Assembly (NCBI GenBank): GCA_963665125.2
Contig: CAXXUK010000001.1
Span: forward strand, 416,001-480,000
Source of the DNA: an uncultured Desulfarculus sp.
GTDB taxonomy: Bacteria > Desulfobacterota > Desulfarculia > Desulfarculales > Desulfarculaceae
Direction: 5' to 3'
Length of the DNA: 64,000 bases
The notes beneath the pieces were generated by a model. The model was not told where the DNA came from. It saw only the letters and a program-made list of their open reading frames with translations, and searched no databases. The translations under genes and the position numbers were made by a program. This document shows, piece by piece, positions 29,724 through 38,336 of the stretch (position 1 is its first letter; every line of letters begins with the position of its first letter).

Positions 29724-30533
29724 ATGAGCCAACCGTTGCGCCTGGGGCGCATTGATTTTGTCAACATCCTGCCGGTGCATCTGCACATGCAAGCCGACCC
29801 GCGGCTTTTCGAGGAAGTTCGCGGCGTGCCGTCGGCCCTGAACCGCATGCTGCGCACCGGTGAGTTGGACCTTAGCGTTATCTCCAGCGTTGAATACGCC
29901 CTGCATTCCGAGGAATATTTTCTGTTGCCGGACCTGAGCATCAGCGCCGCCGGAAAGGTGGGCTCGGTGCTCTTGTTTTCCAATGAATTTCCCCTGCACT
30001 GGAAAGGGCGGGCCATTGAGGCGCCGTTCGAGTCGGACACCTCGGTGGCCTTGATGCGGGTGCTGCTCAGATGGCACTGGCAGATGGAGGCGCCCCTGGC
30101 CGGAGAAGGCGAGACAGCAGACCCGGCGGCGGTGCTGCGCATCGGCGACCGGGCTCTCAAGGGCGCGGCATCGGGCCAGTGGGCCCATATCTGGGACCTG
30201 GGTCAGCAGTGGCTGGAACTGAGCGGGCTACCGTTTGTCTTCGCCGTCTGGGCCGTGCGCCGGGAAATGGCCCGCAAGAGGCCCGATGACGTCAGGGCCC
30301 TGCACAAGGCCCTGTTGGCCTCCCGCGACGCCGGGGTGGCCGATTTGTGCTCCAGCGCCGAGGAGGCCGCGCGGCTCATGGGCAGCGACAAGCCCGGCAT
30401 GCTGGCCTACTACCGTTTGCTGCACTACGGCCTTGGGCCGGAATACCGCCAGGGCCTTGAGCGGTTTTTCAGCTATCTGGCCCGGTTGGGCATGGTTGAA
30501 AATGCCCCCAAAACGTCATTTTTCAATTCTTGA
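29724..30533 (+). CDS. mqnA: Chorismate dehydratase, futalosine menaquinone pathway
   Basis: LGRI.F.N..P, P..LN..L..GELD, V.SV.LFS, S.TSV.L, IGD.AL, DLG..W....GLPFVFA.W. Confidence 0.88.
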   Translation: MSQPLRLGRIDFVNILPVHLHMQADPRLFEEVRGVPSALNRMLRTGELDLSVISSVEYALHSEEYFLLPDLSISAAGKVGSVLLFSNEFPLHWKGRAIEAPFESDTSVALMRVLLRWHWQMEAPLAGEGETADPAAVLRIGDRALKGAASGQWAHIWDLGQQWLELSGLPFVFAVWAVRREMARKRPDDVRALHKALLASRDAGVADLCSSAEEAARLMGSDKPGMLAYYRLLHYGLGPEYRQGLERFFSYLARLGMVENAPKTSFFNS

Positions 30534-30578
30534 CACCTCCACGCCGTTGCGGTCACAATAAATGAACGATGATTCATT
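30530..30578 (+). promoter_or_regulatory. Putative sigma70 promoter with an immediately downstream palindromic operator
   Basis: TTGACA-18 nt-CACAAT followed by AATGAA-CGATGA-TTCATT. Confidence 0.45.
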
Positions 30579-30594
30579 GACGGCGGGTGGGTCC

Positions 30595-31449
30595 ATGCAA
30601 AACGAGTTCAAGTCAGTTGTGTTTGCCGGCGGCGGCAGCCGTTGCTTTTGGCAGGTCGGTTTTTGGGAGGTAGTCGCTCCGGCCATTGGCCTCAAACCGG
30701 AGATCATCGCCGGGGTCAGCGCCGGGGCCTGCATGTCGGCCATGACCATTTTCGGCGACATGCCCAGGGCCACGGAATTTTTCCTGGGCGAGGCCGAGCG
30801 CAATGAAAAGAATTTCTATCCCGAGTGGATTCTGGAGGGCAAACGGCCGTTGCCCCATCCGCCCATCTTCGAGGGCACCATCCGGGCGGCTTTCGAGGGC
30901 GGCGCCTTGGAAAAAATGAAGCGGGGCCCCGAGATGCGGGTGCTCATCGCCCGGCCGCCCAAGTTCTGCGGACCGGTCAGCGGGGCCGTGCTGGGCATCA
31001 TCGCCTACAGCCTGGAAAAGGCCATCAACCACCCCCTGCATCCCCAGTGGCCCACCAAAATCGGTTTCACGCCCGAGGTGGTGCCCGCCGCCGACTGCGC
31101 CGACATCGAAGACCTGGTCAACCTGATGACCGCCACCTGCTGCACGCCGCCGCTTCTGCCGCCCATGTACCGCCAGGGCAGGCCTGTTTTGGACGGCGGG
31201 GTTATCGACAACGTGCCCCTTGCAGCATTGGGCCCGGATGACGGCCCGGCCTTGGTGCTGTTGACCCGGCGCTACAAGCCCGAGCAACTCCAGGGCCACG
31301 ACGGCAGGTTGTACCTCCAGCCGTCCAAGCCCGTACCCATTAAAAAGTGGGACTACGCCAGTCCGGATCTGTCCCTGGAGACCCTGGACCAGGGACGCCG
31401 GGACGGCGAGCTGCTCTTGAAATACGGGCCCGAGGTGTTGCAGCGGTAA
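30595..31449 (+). CDS. Patatin-like phospholipase
   Basis: FAGGG.R, GVSAG nucleophile, LDGG catalytic Asp. Confidence 0.9.
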   Translation: MQNEFKSVVFAGGGSRCFWQVGFWEVVAPAIGLKPEIIAGVSAGACMSAMTIFGDMPRATEFFLGEAERNEKNFYPEWILEGKRPLPHPPIFEGTIRAAFEGGALEKMKRGPEMRVLIARPPKFCGPVSGAVLGIIAYSLEKAINHPLHPQWPTKIGFTPEVVPAADCADIEDLVNLMTATCCTPPLLPPMYRQGRPVLDGGVIDNVPLAALGPDDGPALVLLTRRYKPEQLQGHDGRLYLQPSKPVPIKKWDYASPDLSLETLDQGRRDGELLLKYGPEVLQR

Positions 31450-31503
31450 GTGGCGGTAGTAGCGCCTGCCGTTACCAAAAAACGTCGTAAAAGAAAAACG
31501 AGC

Positions 31504-31827
31504 TTACGGCATATCAGCTTCATAAGCCTTGTTGCAGCCCTCGAAGCAGCTTTGCAACTGGGCGGGGTCGGTTTTGCCGTATTTACTGACGCATCCGGTT
31601 TTCAAACAGGTATTTTTAGCGCCGTCCTTGTTCTTGTTAAGGTCCACTCGGTAATGCATGTAGGCATAGCAGCCGTACCATGACGCCCCGGATGTACCTC
31701 CGCAGAACTGGTCTTTCAGGGCGGTGGCGAATCTGCCCGCCTGACCAGCCCAACAGGGTGAGCTAAAGGCCAACAGGGCCGCCATGGCCAGTAAAAGCGC
31801 GATTTTTCCTGTTTTGTGCATGGGCAT
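31504..31827 (-). CDS. Small secreted cysteine-rich hypothetical protein
   Basis: Signal peptide ending CWA; six Cys in the ~80 aa mature part. Confidence 0.75.
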   Translation of the reverse strand: MPMHKTGKIALLLAMAALLAFSSPCWAGQAGRFATALKDQFCGGTSGASWYGCYAYMHYRVDLNKNKDGAKNTCLKTGCVSKYGKTDPAQLQSCFEGCNKAYEADMP

Positions 31828-31981
31828 GCCTTCTGTTCAGTTGAAAATTGGGTTTTGTCATCGCGCCGGAGCTGCCGGCGCACAGGCCGAATTTCAATCC
31901 ATTCAATCAAGTTATATGTACGATGTCAACCTGTGGTTTTTTGGGGGCAAATGGTGGATATCGGCGGAGGTTTTTGGTGCG

Positions 31982-32038
31982 GGCCGCCGCGACGGCGAGC
32001 TGTTGTTGAAGCAGGGGCCGGGGGTGCTGTAGCGGTAG
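31982..32038 (+). pseudogene. Decayed duplicate of the patatin 3' end
   Basis: 45/57 nt identical to 31393..31449; GRRDGELLLKQGPGVL*R* versus GRRDGELLLKYGPEVLQR*. Confidence 0.85.
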
Positions 32039-32058
32039 GGTCCGTAGATGCCGGAAAA

Positions 32059-32661
32059 CTAACTTGCTCTGGCCGCACGCTCTATGGCGTCATGCAATCC
32101 GGAAAAATTGGTTTCAAAAGGGTGGAGCCTTTTCAATGAATTAAGGCCAATGGATTTTTGGTGGGGCTTGTTTTGGTCGAGCACAGAAGTCGGCAGGACC
32201 AGGAAAGTCCATTGGTCCAGGTTTAGCGGGTTCAGCGTGGCTGAATCCCGATGCTTAAGGATACAGAAAACATAGACTTCTGCATGACGTTTTAGCTCGT
32301 CAGCATAAGTGTTTGTTTCGTAGTTATAAAATTTCTTAGGGGCGATATCAAAACTGATTCTGGAGAACGATATTTGATCCCATGACTGGATATATGCGGC
32401 TGATTTGACTTCAATTTTTACCCCATTGTGCGTTTCAAGATCATAAGCGTCCCATTCATTGCGAATGTCGTTCGCCGCATCTGCCGCAAGCGCTACAATA
32501 AATTCGGCAAGCACGCCCCGCATGGCATTTGACACCAAATCCGAGGCGTACCAACTCCAGAATTCCTTGACGCAGTGGCCAATGGTGCGACCATCGGCAA
32601 CAAAGCATTCCTCGCCGTTTAAAATCATCTTGTGTAAATTATTCAAGAGCCCCCCAGTCAA
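32059..32661 (-). CDS. Hypothetical protein with a PD-(D/E)XK nuclease-like motif, lower GC
   Basis: G.LAEF...YDL....G.KIEVKS pattern; AT-richer than flanks. Confidence 0.7.
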   Translation of the reverse strand: MTGGLLNNLHKMILNGEECFVADGRTIGHCVKEFWSWYASDLVSNAMRGVLAEFIVALAADAANDIRNEWDAYDLETHNGVKIEVKSAAYIQSWDQISFSRISFDIAPKKFYNYETNTYADELKRHAEVYVFCILKHRDSATLNPLNLDQWTFLVLPTSVLDQNKPHQKSIGLNSLKRLHPFETNFSGLHDAIERAARAS

Positions 32662-32664
32662 AGC

Positions 32665-32916
32665 TTACTCTTCTTCGTTTTCCTGCTCCTGCTTCTTATG
32701 AAAGGCCCAGGTGTAGGCCCGGCCCAGCAGATACAGGCACATGCAGGCCACGATCTGCACCCACAGCGCCGCCCAGAACGGCAGCCAGACCCAGGGCAGG
32801 ATAAAGCAGCACAGCGCGGCGATGAAGATCAGCGCGGTGAAGACCTTGTGGTGCCGCTGCAAAAAGGCCTCGTTGCGGGCCCGGCGCTTGCGTTCGTATG
32901 TTTCGTACGGGTCCAT
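32665..32916 (-). CDS. Small two-TM membrane protein (83 aa)
   Basis: MDPYETYERKRR... with two hydrophobic helices; ATG 2 nt after the ATPase stop. Confidence 0.7.
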   Translation of the reverse strand: MDPYETYERKRRARNEAFLQRHHKVFTALIFIAALCCFILPWVWLPFWAALWVQIVACMCLYLLGRAYTWAFHKKQEQENEEE

Positions 32917-32918
32917 GA

Positions 32919-34001
32919 TCAGCCGATGAGGCTCACCCCCACTTCCTTGAGCTTGCGTTCCAGCTCGTCCCTGGTGGGCACCGGCGTGCCCGGCGGCGGG
33001 AACAGGGTGGCGTATTGGGTGGCGGCCCGCTCGAAGCTGCCGTAAAAGTCGCTGTGGGCGGCCCAGTCCCTGGGGCGTCCGGCCCACTGGCCGATATTCA
33101 GGCCCAGGATGGCCACGGCCCGGCAGAAAGGGGTCCTGGGGTCTATGTCCAGGGCGGCTTTGCCCTGGGCGGCGGCTTCGCGGACGATGTCGTCCTCGGG
33201 CAGAAAGCCGAAGACCTCCACCGGCAGGCCCAGGTCCTCGGCGGCCCAGGTCTCCAACTGGCGGGCGTAGGCGAAATCCTCCACCCGGCGCACCCGGTTC
33301 AAAACCAGCTTGGGCCGCCAGCGCTGCACGGCCCTGAGAGCCCGCTGGCCCTGGCCAGGCATGGCCTTGTCAATGGCCTCCACCAGCTCGTCCATCTTCA
33401 TGGCCCCCGGCCCCCGGCCCCGCACCTGGAATTGGGCCAAGGCGGATTTGGTGCCCGCGTTGTCCCGGAAGATGCGGTCCATGGCCCGGAACACGGCGTT
33501 TTTCAGGAAATTGAAGGCATTCTTCACGGCGGGTTGCTCGGGCAGCATGATCACCAGCGACAGCGGGCTAGTCAGGTAGAAGTCCATCACCGTGATGGCC
33601 GTGCCCGCACCCAGGTCCAACAGGATGAAGTCCACGGGCTGCTTTTTCACGGCGTGGAGAATCTTGCGTTTTTTCTGGTAGCTGGGGTTGGCCGTGGCCA
33701 CCATCATGGCGTCTCCGGCCAGAAAATTGAAACGCGGCTCCAGGGCCGGAGCTACCACATCCTCGACCTTGAGGTCCTTGGCCGTCATCAGTTCGCCGAT
33801 GCCCGGCTGATCGTTGGGCAGGCCCAGGACTTCGTGCAGGTCCGAACCGCCCAGGTCGGCGTCCACCACCAGGACCGTGTGGTCCAGGCGGGCCAGGGCC
33901 AGGCCCAAATTGGCAGTAACCGCGCTTTTGCCGATGCCCCCCTTGCCGCCGCCCACGGGCAGCACGATCTGGGGGGGATCCTTCAGGGGTCTGGGGCTCA
34001 T
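32919..34001 (-). CDS. MinD/FlhG/ParA-family P-loop ATPase
   Basis: Deviant Walker A GGKGGIGKS, VDADLGG, ILLDLGAG, LVLNR; start re-called at ATG 34001 after GGAG. Confidence 0.88.
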   Translation of the reverse strand: MSPRPLKDPPQIVLPVGGGKGGIGKSAVTANLGLALARLDHTVLVVDADLGGSDLHEVLGLPNDQPGIGELMTAKDLKVEDVVAPALEPRFNFLAGDAMMVATANPSYQKKRKILHAVKKQPVDFILLDLGAGTAITVMDFYLTSPLSLVIMLPEQPAVKNAFNFLKNAVFRAMDRIFRDNAGTKSALAQFQVRGRGPGAMKMDELVEAIDKAMPGQGQRALRAVQRWRPKLVLNRVRRVEDFAYARQLETWAAEDLGLPVEVFGFLPEDDIVREAAAQGKAALDIDPRTPFCRAVAILGLNIGQWAGRPRDWAAHSDFYGSFERAATQYATLFPPPGTPVPTRDELERKLKEVGVSLIG

Positions 34002-34029
34002 GTCGGCTCCGCCATACAGCCGTCCACGA

Positions 34030-34833
34030 TCAGTGGGCCGCCGCGGCCAGGTCGAAGAGCATCTTGCGGGCCGTGACCGGATCGGCTGGTGCCTGGGGAA
34101 TGGCGCCCCGTTCGACGATGCGGGCGAATTCCGCGCCCTGGCCCACTTCCTCGGCCACAATGACCAGATCGTCGGGCATGCCGCCGGGCATGTTGATCGC
34201 GCCGATCTTGCGAGCGGCGATGATGCCGCTGACCGGGCCGCTGACCTCGGGGATTTCGCCGTTGGTGAACACGCGGATATCCTCGGCCCCGGCAAAGGCG
34301 CCTTTACCAGTGATGCCGCCGCCCAGGACCGTGCCGCCCCGGCTGCTTTTCAAAAGGCCGTCGCCGCTGAACTGGCCGCCTCGGATGATCATGTCCCGGC
34401 TGGTGATGCCGAAGTCGTCGCCGCTGAACTGGCCCCCGGCGATTTTGGCGTCCCGCGCCTCGCTGAGGGCGCCGGCGCCGGTGAACGATCCCGTGGAAAT
34501 CAAAGCCTTTTGGGCTTCGCACAGGGCCCAGTCTCCCTGGAACAGTCCTCCGGAGATCATGATCTCCTGGGCTCCGTAAAAGGCGTTTTTACCGTTGAAG
34601 GCGCCACCTTCGACCCTGGCGCGCTCGCAAGCGTAAAAACACAAGTTGGAATTGAATACACCGCCGGTGACCAATGCCTCCTTGGCCCCGTAAAAGGCGT
34701 ACAGACCGGTGAACTCACCGCCCGCGATCTGGGCCCTGATGCAGCCCCTGTAGGCATATTGCTGGGGAAATTCTCCGGATTTGACTTTCGGCCTTTTGAG
34801 GCCCACTTTCGACGGGTCGGGACTGCGAAACAT
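34030..34833 (-). CDS. Hypothetical protein with nine tandem 19-aa repeats (probable beta-solenoid)
   Basis: Consensus (I/V)xGGxFxGxxA(F/L)xxAxxxx; AAGGAG RBS; no signal peptide. Confidence 0.8.
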   Translation of the reverse strand: MFRSPDPSKVGLKRPKVKSGEFPQQYAYRGCIRAQIAGGEFTGLYAFYGAKEALVTGGVFNSNLCFYACERARVEGGAFNGKNAFYGAQEIMISGGLFQGDWALCEAQKALISTGSFTGAGALSEARDAKIAGGQFSGDDFGITSRDMIIRGGQFSGDGLLKSSRGGTVLGGGITGKGAFAGAEDIRVFTNGEIPEVSGPVSGIIAARKIGAINMPGGMPDDLVIVAEEVGQGAEFARIVERGAIPQAPADPVTARKMLFDLAAAAH

Positions 34834-35053
34834 CGGCGATGGCTCCTTATAGAAAAACTGCTACAGGATTACTCATAGCGGACAGGAGATGTCAAGAACG
34901 CTTTTTCCAATGGGCTTTCGTGGCCATATTTACATTGGGCAATGGATGATGTTGTTTTTTGCCGGGTTCAAATTCCGTGAGTTTACGGCATGTGTTAATA
35001 TCTTATTTTTGAAGGGTAACGGCTTTTGCCGCATAGACGGCGGTGGTTTTAGC

Positions 35054-36508
35054 GTGGACGCCAAAAAGAAAACACAGCATTTGCCGGGTTGGCGGCCTTC
35101 GGTGTTGGTGCTCGATGACGAGTGGACCACCCTGGAGGTCATCAAGAGTTCGCTGGTCAACCAGTTTGCAGTGGAGATAGCCTCCCGGGCCGACCATGCC
35201 GTTTCCCTAATGGAAGCCAGGCACTTCGACGTGGTTCTCACCGATGTCCGAATGCCCGACTGCGACGGCCTGAGCCTGGTCAAGGATCTCAAATCCCGTT
35301 TTCCCGAAACCCAATACATTCTGATGACGGCGTTTTCCGATATCGAGGACACCATCAGCGCCATTCGCCTGGGCGTTGCCGATTACCTGCGCAAGCCATT
35401 CACAATGGGCGAGGTCCAACACGCCCTGAACCGTTGCCTGGAGCGTAGACGCCTGCGCCGGGAGGTGGCCAGCCTGCGCGCGGGCAAAGGCATTACCCTG
35501 TCGGACATCCTGGCCCGGGACCAGGTCATGGCCCGCCTGCGCGACTTGGCCGAAACCGTGGCCCCAACCGACGTGACGGTCTTGATCAGCGGAGAGACCG
35601 GCACCGGCAAAAGCGTGTTGGCCAAGGCTATTCACAATACCAGCCCCCGTTGCGACCGGCCCTTCACGGAAATCAACTGCGCGGCCATTCCGGAACCCCT
35701 CATTGAGAGTGAATTGTTCGGCCACGAAAAAGGGGCCTTTACCGGGGCCGTGGCCCGCAAGATCGGCCGGGTGGAGGCTGCCGAGGGCGGCACGCTGCTG
35801 TTGGACGAAGTGGGCGAAATGTCGCTGGATATGCAGGCCAAGCTGCTGCGGTTTTTGCAGGAGTTCACCTTTGAGCGGGTGGGCGGCACAAAGAAGCTTT
35901 CCGCCGATGTGCGGGTCATAGCGGCCACCAACCGCAACCTGCGCCAGGCCGTACAGGAAGGGCGGTTCCGGGAAGACCTGTACTACCGCCTGCACGTGAT
36001 AGAACTGTACCTGCCGCCCCTGCGGGATCGTAGAAGCGATATCTCCACCCTGGCCGAAACGTTCATGCAGCGCTTCGGTATCAAATACGACAAGCAAGTG
36101 CGGGGCCTGTCCGCCTTTGCCCGCAAGCAGATGATGGAATACCATTGGCCGGGCAATGTACGCGAAATGGAACACTCCCTGGAACGTGCGGTTATCCTGT
36201 GCCAGGGTTCGGTGGTGGAAAAGCTGGATCTATCTCACCACGGCACGGCTGAGGCAGACCCGGCCGCGCCCCAGGACAGCCCCGGACCGGCCATGACGGA
36301 AATGGCGACCACTCAGGCGGTTGATGTGGACCTGACGGAATACATAGATTCCTGCGAAAAGAGCTATCTGGAGAGTCTGCTGGACCGTTACGCCGGGCGC
36401 ATAGGCCAGGTCGCCAAGGCCGCCGGAGTCAACCCCAAGACCCTTTATCTGAAAATGAACAGGCATGGCCTGCGCAAGGAGGATTACCGCCAAGGGCGGA
36501 GCCGTTAA
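35054..36508 (+). CDS. Sigma54-dependent response regulator (NtrC family)
   Basis: Receiver (LDDE, DVRMP, KPF), GETGTGK, GAFTGA, WPGNVRE, Fis-type HTH; start uncertain (34889-35054). Confidence 0.93.
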   Translation: MDAKKKTQHLPGWRPSVLVLDDEWTTLEVIKSSLVNQFAVEIASRADHAVSLMEARHFDVVLTDVRMPDCDGLSLVKDLKSRFPETQYILMTAFSDIEDTISAIRLGVADYLRKPFTMGEVQHALNRCLERRRLRREVASLRAGKGITLSDILARDQVMARLRDLAETVAPTDVTVLISGETGTGKSVLAKAIHNTSPRCDRPFTEINCAAIPEPLIESELFGHEKGAFTGAVARKIGRVEAAEGGTLLLDEVGEMSLDMQAKLLRFLQEFTFERVGGTKKLSADVRVIAATNRNLRQAVQEGRFREDLYYRLHVIELYLPPLRDRRSDISTLAETFMQRFGIKYDKQVRGLSAFARKQMMEYHWPGNVREMEHSLERAVILCQGSVVEKLDLSHHGTAEADPAAPQDSPGPAMTEMATTQAVDVDLTEYIDSCEKSYLESLLDRYAGRIGQVAKAAGVNPKTLYLKMNRHGLRKEDYRQGRSR

Positions 36509-36606
36509 AAACCTCGCGGTAAAACCACGGCCGTGTAATAATTGACCCGTGATGGATCGGAAAGAATCTTTTTTCCGGCGGCGTCTATTAGCCATGGAGG
36601 ATTCAC

Positions 36607-37017
36607 ATGAAAAATAGGGCTGTCATTTCTATCGTTGTAACAGTGGTGCTCATGGCTGGATTTGCGGCTGTAGGCTGCGGCGGCAGGGGGCCTTCCGGCA
36701 GCGCTTATGAAGGCGCAGGCGTTGGAGCGGCCGTGGGCGGCGTGGCCGGCGCTCTTATCGATGACGACAACCGTTGGCGCGGCGGCGTGATCGGCGGCGC
36801 TTTGGGTGCGGCCTTGGGCGGCGCCATGGGCGAAATCAGCAACAGGGCGGCCCGCGAGGCCAGCACCTACCAAAAGCCGGTGTATTATCAAAACCAGGCC
36901 GGTCAGCGCGTCGAGGCCTACCCCCAGGGCAACCGCGGCAATTGCCACGTGGTCAAGGAAAAGTATTACGACCAGGGTCAACTGGTTAAGGTCGTTGAAC
37001 GCACTGTCTGCGACTGA
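36607..37017 (+). CDS. Glycine-zipper lipoprotein
   Basis: Lipobox AVGC; GAGVGAAVGGVAGALI and GGVIGGALGAALGG. Confidence 0.85.
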   Translation: MKNRAVISIVVTVVLMAGFAAVGCGGRGPSGSAYEGAGVGAAVGGVAGALIDDDNRWRGGVIGGALGAALGGAMGEISNRAAREASTYQKPVYYQNQAGQRVEAYPQGNRGNCHVVKEKYYDQGQLVKVVERTVCD

Positions 37018-37104
37018 TGTAAAAAATATCGACCAGGGCCGGAGCATTCCTCCGGCGCTGCGGCCGGCGGCGGGCCTTGGCCCCGACCGGCCGGATTTGT
37101 TTGG

Positions 37105-38247
37105 ATGATTGACTTGAGCGACAACATCGAAAAAGAGCAAGTGCACCTGTTGGGCCTGTACGGCCCGGAAGACCTTCATGGCGGCGATGTCTGGGGCGCC
37201 TCGAGAAAACTGGGCATCCCGGTGGAACAGATCCTCGATCTTTCCGCTTCCCTGAATCCGCTGGGCCCGCCACCGGGCCTGCGAGATGTGATCAACGACG
37301 CCTTTGACCGCATCTGCCATTATCCCGACCGCCGCGCATATGACCTGCGCCAGGCCATTGCCGACAAGCTCGGCGTCGCCCGGGTGAACGTCTTGCCAGG
37401 CAACGGCTCCACGGCGCTTATCCGCCTGATGGCCAAGTCGTTGGACCTCCATGAAATTTATATTTATTCCCCTGTGTTCGGTGAATTCCGGCGCGGGTTT
37501 GCTTCGTCGGGCAGGCATTTTCATTATCAGCAACTGGCCGAAGCCAACGGATTTATCGTTACACGCCATGATGTGGATTTGATGCTGGAAAATGAGCCCT
37601 CCGCCATCGTGGTCACCAACCCCTCCACGCCGGCCGGAGCCCTCAGCGCCACCGAAGACTTGGAGTATTTGCTGGAACAGGCGCACCGCCGGGGTATTTG
37701 GGTCATCCTGGACGAGGCCTTCATCGACTTCGCGCCCGTGGAAGCTGGCAAATGGTCGCTTCAATTGGTCGATAAATACCCCAGGCTCATCGTCCTGCGT
37801 TCCATGACCAAATTCTACTGCATGGCCGGTCTGCGCCTTGGATATGCCCTGGGCAACCGCCACGCCTTGGCCGAGATGCTGCCCCTTTCCGAGCCGTGGG
37901 CTGTGAACACCATGGCCCAGGAGGCGGGCTTGTTTTGCCTGGACCAGGACAGCTACGCCGACAAGACACGGCGCACGGTGGACCTCTGGCGCGGCCAGCA
38001 GGCCGAGTTGTTGGCCGGTCTGGGCCTCCACGTCCTGCCGAGCAGCGTGAACTATCTGCTTTGCCGGCTGCCGGACAGTGGTCCGGACGCGTCCGCCGTG
38101 GCGGCGTTCTGCGCCGGCAAGGGCGTTTTGGTTCGTGACGCCTCCAACTTCAGGGGCTGTACGCCCCGGCACCTGCGCCTGGCGGTGACCACGCCGGAAA
38201 ACCAGCAGCGGCTGAGCGGTGTCTTGAAAGAGGCGTTAGCCATTTGA
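37105..38247 (+). CDS. cobD: L-threonine-O-3-phosphate decarboxylase (PLP-dependent, cobalamin synthesis)
   Basis: HGG, DLSASLNPLG, YPD, GNGST, DEAF.DF, RSMTKFY..AGLRLGY. Confidence 0.82.
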   Translation: MIDLSDNIEKEQVHLLGLYGPEDLHGGDVWGASRKLGIPVEQILDLSASLNPLGPPPGLRDVINDAFDRICHYPDRRAYDLRQAIADKLGVARVNVLPGNGSTALIRLMAKSLDLHEIYIYSPVFGEFRRGFASSGRHFHYQQLAEANGFIVTRHDVDLMLENEPSAIVVTNPSTPAGALSATEDLEYLLEQAHRRGIWVILDEAFIDFAPVEAGKWSLQLVDKYPRLIVLRSMTKFYCMAGLRLGYALGNRHALAEMLPLSEPWAVNTMAQEAGLFCLDQDSYADKTRRTVDLWRGQQAELLAGLGLHVLPSSVNYLLCRLPDSGPDASAVAAFCAGKGVLVRDASNFRGCTPRHLRLAVTTPENQQRLSGVLKEALAI

Positions 38248-38336
38248 CAGGCAACTTGATTTTCTAATATGATCCATTGCTGATATCGGAAAAAACTCCA
38301 AAAACCCGCAATGCGGCACAGCAAAAGAGGTAATTT

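Noticed and set aside
37018..37104. Cobalamin riboswitch upstream of cobD or the chelatase genes
   Set aside because: Only GC hairpins are present; no B12-box or conserved GGGAA/GCCACTG elements were found by eye.
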